Below, piece by piece: positions 59,825 through 64,000 of a DNA stretch of 64,000 nt (position 1 is its first letter; each line of letters opens with the position of its first letter). Source of the DNA: Selaginella moellendorffii (Eukaryota; Plantae; Lycopodiophyta). The notes under the pieces are model-generated. The model saw nothing but the letters and a program-made list of their open reading frames with translations. It searched no databases and was not told the DNA's origin. Made by a program: the position numbers and the translations under genes. The stretch spans positions 186,001 through 250,000 of the forward strand of contig NW_003314315.1 in the NCBI RefSeq assembly GCF_000143415.4, written 5' to 3'.

Positions 59825-60426
59825 AAAGTTCTTCGTCCGGAGGAGAGATTTGCTCGTGAAGTGATCGACATTTGCTCGACGTCGAAGCGAGATCGAATTC
59901 TCGAGGTTGAGAAGTGGTTTTCGCTGGAGAGATCGCTACTTTGCTCCAAATGCCGAGGAGGAAAAGATCGAGCTCGAAAGACTCTTAGAACAATGGAGAC
60001 TCGCAGGCTCTAAATTATCAAAAAAAAATTTCCTCGTGGTTAAAGCTATTGTCGTCTTTGGTCTCTTCCTGGCCGTCGGATTCTCGGCTCGGGTATCCAA
60101 CGGCCGGCGTTGAAATGTATGCCGTACACCTTTTTGTTTTTGGCCCAGGTAGGGTTAGGGTCCTGTGCTAGTGTTCTTGGCGAAGGAGAGGAGCAGTGGC
60201 GATGCGGCTCGCCCGGATTCGGGCACATTCCCTGCCGTAAGAAAGCATTTCCTTGCAGGAATGGTCCGCGTCGCGATGGCGGAGGAGGCGGGGCGATTCC
60301 GGCACAGGCTGCGGCATTCGGATTTCTACTGGAAGAAGCGCAAGGGAATCAGGCGTAGGGAGGGCTGGATCGGTAGCTGGAGCTGAGATTTGGGGAAAAT
60401 GCAGGGGTAGAGGCGAGATTCTGGCT

Positions 60427-63400
60427 ATGTCGTGGTTCCTGTGGCTCCTGCTACTGGCTGCCTCTCTCAGTGCGTCCCTCGCGCAGCTATCCGGCGACGG
60501 CATTGCGCTCCTGGCAGTGAAGAAGGCGCTTGACCCCTCGGACGCTCTCTCTGGGTGGAACGCGGGCAGCGTTGATCCGTGCTTGTGGGCAGGTGTTAGT
60601 TGCGCACAGGATCGTAGAGTCACGTCTCTCAACTTGACAGGGGCCTTCTTGGGCACTTGTAGCAGCAGCCACAGCGACTCTTGGGAGAATGTCCAAACGC
60701 AGGAGCCGGGATCGTTGGCTTGTTTGCAAGGAGGGTCTTGCATCCTGGAAGGAGTTTTGGCACCGGAGATTGGCAACTTGTCCGAGTTGAGGAGTCTCGT
60801 CTTGGGGTATAACAGGTTCAGGGGTGGAATTCCCAGGGAGATTTCCAAGCTGCGCAAGCTCCAGGTGCTCAGCCTCCAGGAGAATTCCTTTTCGGGTGGG
60901 ATACCGGCAGAGCTTGGAGCTCTTTCCAGCTTAGAGGTGTTGGATCTGGAAGGGAATTCGCTCGACGGCCCAATCCCGCCAGCCATCGCAAGCTGCCGCA
61001 GCTTGGTCCATATCAGCCTTGGTAGAAACAAGCTCTCCGGGGGGATTCCAGCGAGTTTGGGAGGACTGTCACGCTTGCGTCACCTTTCTTTGACGTCCAA
61101 CCAGTTGAGCTCTGTCATTCCTCCGGGGCTACAGGGTCTTTGTGGAACATTGGAGTACTTGGACCTGGGAAGTAACTTTTTTATTCGCGGCATTCCACCT
61201 TGGCTGGGAAACTGCTCGAAGCTACAGGTTCTCGTCCTCGAATCGAACTATCTGCAAGGATTTATTCCTTCCGAGCTCGGCCGTCTGGGAATGCTTCAGG
61301 TGCTCGATGTGTCGATGAACAGGCTAACAGGTCAGGTTCCGGCAGCTTTAGGTGACTGCTTGGAGCTGTCCTTTCTGGTTTTGACACATCCGAGCTCGTG
61401 TGTTTCACCCTTCAACTGTACTACTGGGGATGGTGTCCGGGGTGTTGACAAGGCAGAGTTTAATCAGTTCGATGGTCCGCTTCCGAGCAGCATCTCTAAG
61501 TTGCCCAAGCTCCAAGTTCTCTGGGCACCTCATGCAGCGTTAACAGGAGGTATTCCCGACGGGTGGGGGGCCTGTGAGAGGCTGAGGAGCCTCAATCTTG
61601 CCGGTAACTCGTTCACGGGTGACTTTCCTCAGGGCCTCGGAAAGTGCTCGTCACTCACGTACTTAGATCTCAGCTTGAACAGGCTAGAGGCTCAGTTACC
61701 ACCACAGCTGCCAACTTCTTGTATGATCGTCTTCAACGTAAGCAGGAACAGCTTGTCCGGAGGTGTTCCACCCCGAAGGAGCATCGAGTGCAATGACACG
61801 CAAGAGCCAGTGGTTTACCCTTCGTTTTGCTCGGGAAGACCGTTTTGCGGGAAACGGAGAAGCGAGACGTGTCTCAGCTCTGGGTTAATCGTTGTGCATG
61901 ATCTAAGCGGCAACAATTTCTCGGGTCCTGTTCCAGCACCTTTAATAGGCGACGAGCTGCTGGAACAAGAACCGGTATACGAGCTCCTCATGTCGGAGAA
62001 TAGGCTGGCCGGCAACATCTCGTCCTCCTTTTTTGCCTTCTGTGGAAGGTTCAAGGCGTTCATGGCAAACTTGAGCGACAACCAGATTTCGGGCGAGCTG
62101 TCCGGCCAGGATATAGGAGGATGCAAATCCCTGGTACAGTTCAGTGCTTCGAACAATCTGATCGAGGAGGCTCTGCCCAAGGAGCTTGGGACTCTAGGCA
62201 ACTTGAGCCTCTTGGATCTTTCGCGCAATCGGCTAAGCGGCAGCATTCCAGGTGAACTCGGCGAGCTCCAGATGCTGACGAGCCTTTTCCTCGCGAATAA
62301 TTCTCTCGTGGGAGATATTCCGGAGAACCTGGGCCAGGCGTCCTCTCTGAGCCTGCTCGACCTCTCCGGCAACACTTTGCACGGGACCATTCCTTCCTCC
62401 CTCGCCAACCTCAGTCACCTCGAGTACTTGCTACTGAACAACAACGACTTCTCCGGGACAATACCCCCGGTGCTCTCCGACATCACTTCCTTGGTGGCCG
62501 TCAACCTCGCCTTCAACAACTTCTCCGGCTCCGTTCCAAGCTCGGGAAGCTGGGTGGGGATGTGCGACAAGGAGCACTTCCAGGGAAATCCATATCTCAA
62601 GCCGTGCCCGACGTCGCTGGCTGCTTTCGGACCCGGATACATGGAGGAAAATCTTGATCCGGTCGCGGCTCCACAGGACCCTCCGGCCGGTGGCGGACTG
62701 AGCGTCGTTGTGATTGTGGCGATCACGTCAGGCTGCGCTGTTGCCGTGGTGCTCCTGGTTCTCGTACTCCTGGTCCAGTGCACGAAACAGCGAGTTCCCA
62801 GGCCACCTAGAAACCGGGGTGGCAGGAAAGAGGTGGTCATTTTCACCAACATCGGTTTCCGGTTCACGTACGAGAACGTTGTCCGAGCGACTGGGAACTT
62901 TAGCGTGGACTACCTGATAGGAAACGGTGGCTTTGGAGCAACTTACAAGGCGGAGATGATGCCCGGCTTGGTGGTGGCCGTGAAGCGGCTCTCCATTGGG
63001 AGGTTTCAAGGCGTGCAGCAGTTCGACACGGAGATCCGGACGCTGGGGAGGATCCAGCACTCGAACCTGGTGAAGCTCATCGGCTACCACGCGAGCGAGG
63101 GGGAGATGTTCCTCATCTACAACTACTTCCCGCGGGGCAACCTGGAGAGCTTCATCCACAACCGGAGCCGGGGGGAGATGAGCTGGGCGGTGGTGCACAG
63201 GATCGCGCTGGGCATCGCGGAAGCGCTGGCCTACTTGCATGACGAGTGCCAGCCAAGGGTGCTCCACCGGGACATCAAGCCGAGCAACATCCTCCTGGAC
63301 AACAACTTGACGGCGTTTTTGGCCGACTTTGGGCTGGCCCGGCTGCTCGGTGCGTCCGAGACGCATGCCACGACGGACGTGGCTGGGACCTTCGGCTACG

Positions 63401-63750
63401 TCGCGCCGGAGTATGCCATGACGTGCCGGGTGTCGGACAAGGCGGACGTTTACAGCTATGGAGTGGTGCTGCTGGAGCTGCTATCGGGGAAGAAGGCGCT
63501 GGATCCGGCCTTCTCGGACTATGGACACGGGTTTACAATCGTCGGGTGGGCGTGCTTGCTCATCGGACAGGGACGAGCTCACGAGGTGTTCATCGTGGAG
63601 CTGTGGGAGATGGGCCCCGAGGCGTTCCTCCTGGAGACGCTCAAGCTGGCGGTGATGTGCACGGTGGATTCGCTCACGGTCAGGCCAACCATGCGGCAAG
63701 TGGTGGATCGTTTGAGACATATGGATCAATCGAGCCTCCCCTTCTCGTGA
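60427..63750 (+). CDS. RPK2: LRR receptor-like kinase RPK2/TOAD2-like, intronless, 1107 aa
   Basis: Signal peptide at the 60427 ATG, >20 LRRs with island regions, TM, then RKEVVIFTNIG..TYENVVRATGNF...LIGNGGFGATYKAEM.PG.VVAVKRLSIGRFQGVQQF, LHDECQPRVLHRDIKPSNILL, HATTDVAGTFGYVAPEYAMTCRVSDKADVYSYG. Confidence 0.95.
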   Translation: MSWFLWLLLLAASLSASLAQLSGDGIALLAVKKALDPSDALSGWNAGSVDPCLWAGVSCAQDRRVTSLNLTGAFLGTCSSSHSDSWENVQTQEPGSLACLQGGSCILEGVLAPEIGNLSELRSLVLGYNRFRGGIPREISKLRKLQVLSLQENSFSGGIPAELGALSSLEVLDLEGNSLDGPIPPAIASCRSLVHISLGRNKLSGGIPASLGGLSRLRHLSLTSNQLSSVIPPGLQGLCGTLEYLDLGSNFFIRGIPPWLGNCSKLQVLVLESNYLQGFIPSELGRLGMLQVLDVSMNRLTGQVPAALGDCLELSFLVLTHPSSCVSPFNCTTGDGVRGVDKAEFNQFDGPLPSSISKLPKLQVLWAPHAALTGGIPDGWGACERLRSLNLAGNSFTGDFPQGLGKCSSLTYLDLSLNRLEAQLPPQLPTSCMIVFNVSRNSLSGGVPPRRSIECNDTQEPVVYPSFCSGRPFCGKRRSETCLSSGLIVVHDLSGNNFSGPVPAPLIGDELLEQEPVYELLMSENRLAGNISSSFFAFCGRFKAFMANLSDNQISGELSGQDIGGCKSLVQFSASNNLIEEALPKELGTLGNLSLLDLSRNRLSGSIPGELGELQMLTSLFLANNSLVGDIPENLGQASSLSLLDLSGNTLHGTIPSSLANLSHLEYLLLNNNDFSGTIPPVLSDITSLVAVNLAFNNFSGSVPSSGSWVGMCDKEHFQGNPYLKPCPTSLAAFGPGYMEENLDPVAAPQDPPAGGGLSVVVIVAITSGCAVAVVLLVLVLLVQCTKQRVPRPPRNRGGRKEVVIFTNIGFRFTYENVVRATGNFSVDYLIGNGGFGATYKAEMMPGLVVAVKRLSIGRFQGVQQFDTEIRTLGRIQHSNLVKLIGYHASEGEMFLIYNYFPRGNLESFIHNRSRGEMSWAVVHRIALGIAEALAYLHDECQPRVLHRDIKPSNILLDNNLTAFLADFGLARLLGASETHATTDVAGTFGYVAPEYAMTCRVSDKADVYSYGVVLLELLSGKKALDPAFSDYGHGFTIVGWACLLIGQGRAHEVFIVELWEMGPEAFLLETLKLAVMCTVDSLTVRPTMRQVVDRLRHMDQSSLPFS

Positions 63751-64000
63751 CGCTACTACTCCATCCATCCCATTCCAGGTTCTCTCTTTTATCCTGTTTT
63801 TCTTTGTTTCTTTTTTTTTCTCTCTCTCTCTCTCTTTTCTCCTCGGACATTTTTTCTTTCTTGGTTTTTCTTTTTCTTTTCTTTCTTTTCTGGTTATTCT
63901 TGTTACTTCCTGGGGAGAGATGGAGGAGAGAGTGTCAAGCGAAACTTGCAGGAAGTTTGTCTATATATGATTTATAGAGCAGGGAAGGATTCCTTCTTGT

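Noticed and set aside
59907-60113. 68-aa ORF with a hydrophobic end between DUF1644 and RPK2
   Set aside because: No ATG, and an in-frame stop at 59862.
60253-60426. N-terminal extension of RPK2 in the ORF track
   Set aside because: Non-ATG start; the signal peptide begins at the 60427 ATG.
1-64000. tRNA, rRNA, snRNA or snoRNA genes
   Set aside because: None recognised by eye. A tRNAscan-SE or Rfam scan would be needed to exclude small ones.

Overview
Gene-dense land-plant nuclear DNA. The very short introns (47-70 nt), compact intergenic spaces and PLS-class PPR types suggest the lycophyte Selaginella (inference). The window holds about 17 protein genes: clade-A PP2C (partial), NCED, a small B-lectin-like protein, CSP41b, an LRR pseudokinase, four PLS-class PPRs, ATP11, ASHH2/SDG8, TSC10/KDSR, RanGAP, an ERD7-like protein, an euANT/AIL AP2 factor, a DUF1644 protein and RPK2. 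There is also a deleted duplicate of the KDSR locus. The most unusual part is a sharply bounded ~13 kb AT-rich island (~25300-38380). It is built from many C>T/G>A-decayed copies of what appears to be one unknown intronless ORF. These copies form two oppositely oriented arms around a captured, equally decayed fragment of a PPR gene related to the intact neighbour at 38424-40142. Other points of interest are PPRs with a recurring ~16-18 aa insertion inside the L motif, a tail-to-tail ABA synthesis/signalling gene pair, very small bidirectional promoters and uORF-rich leaders. All gene models and alignments were made by eye.
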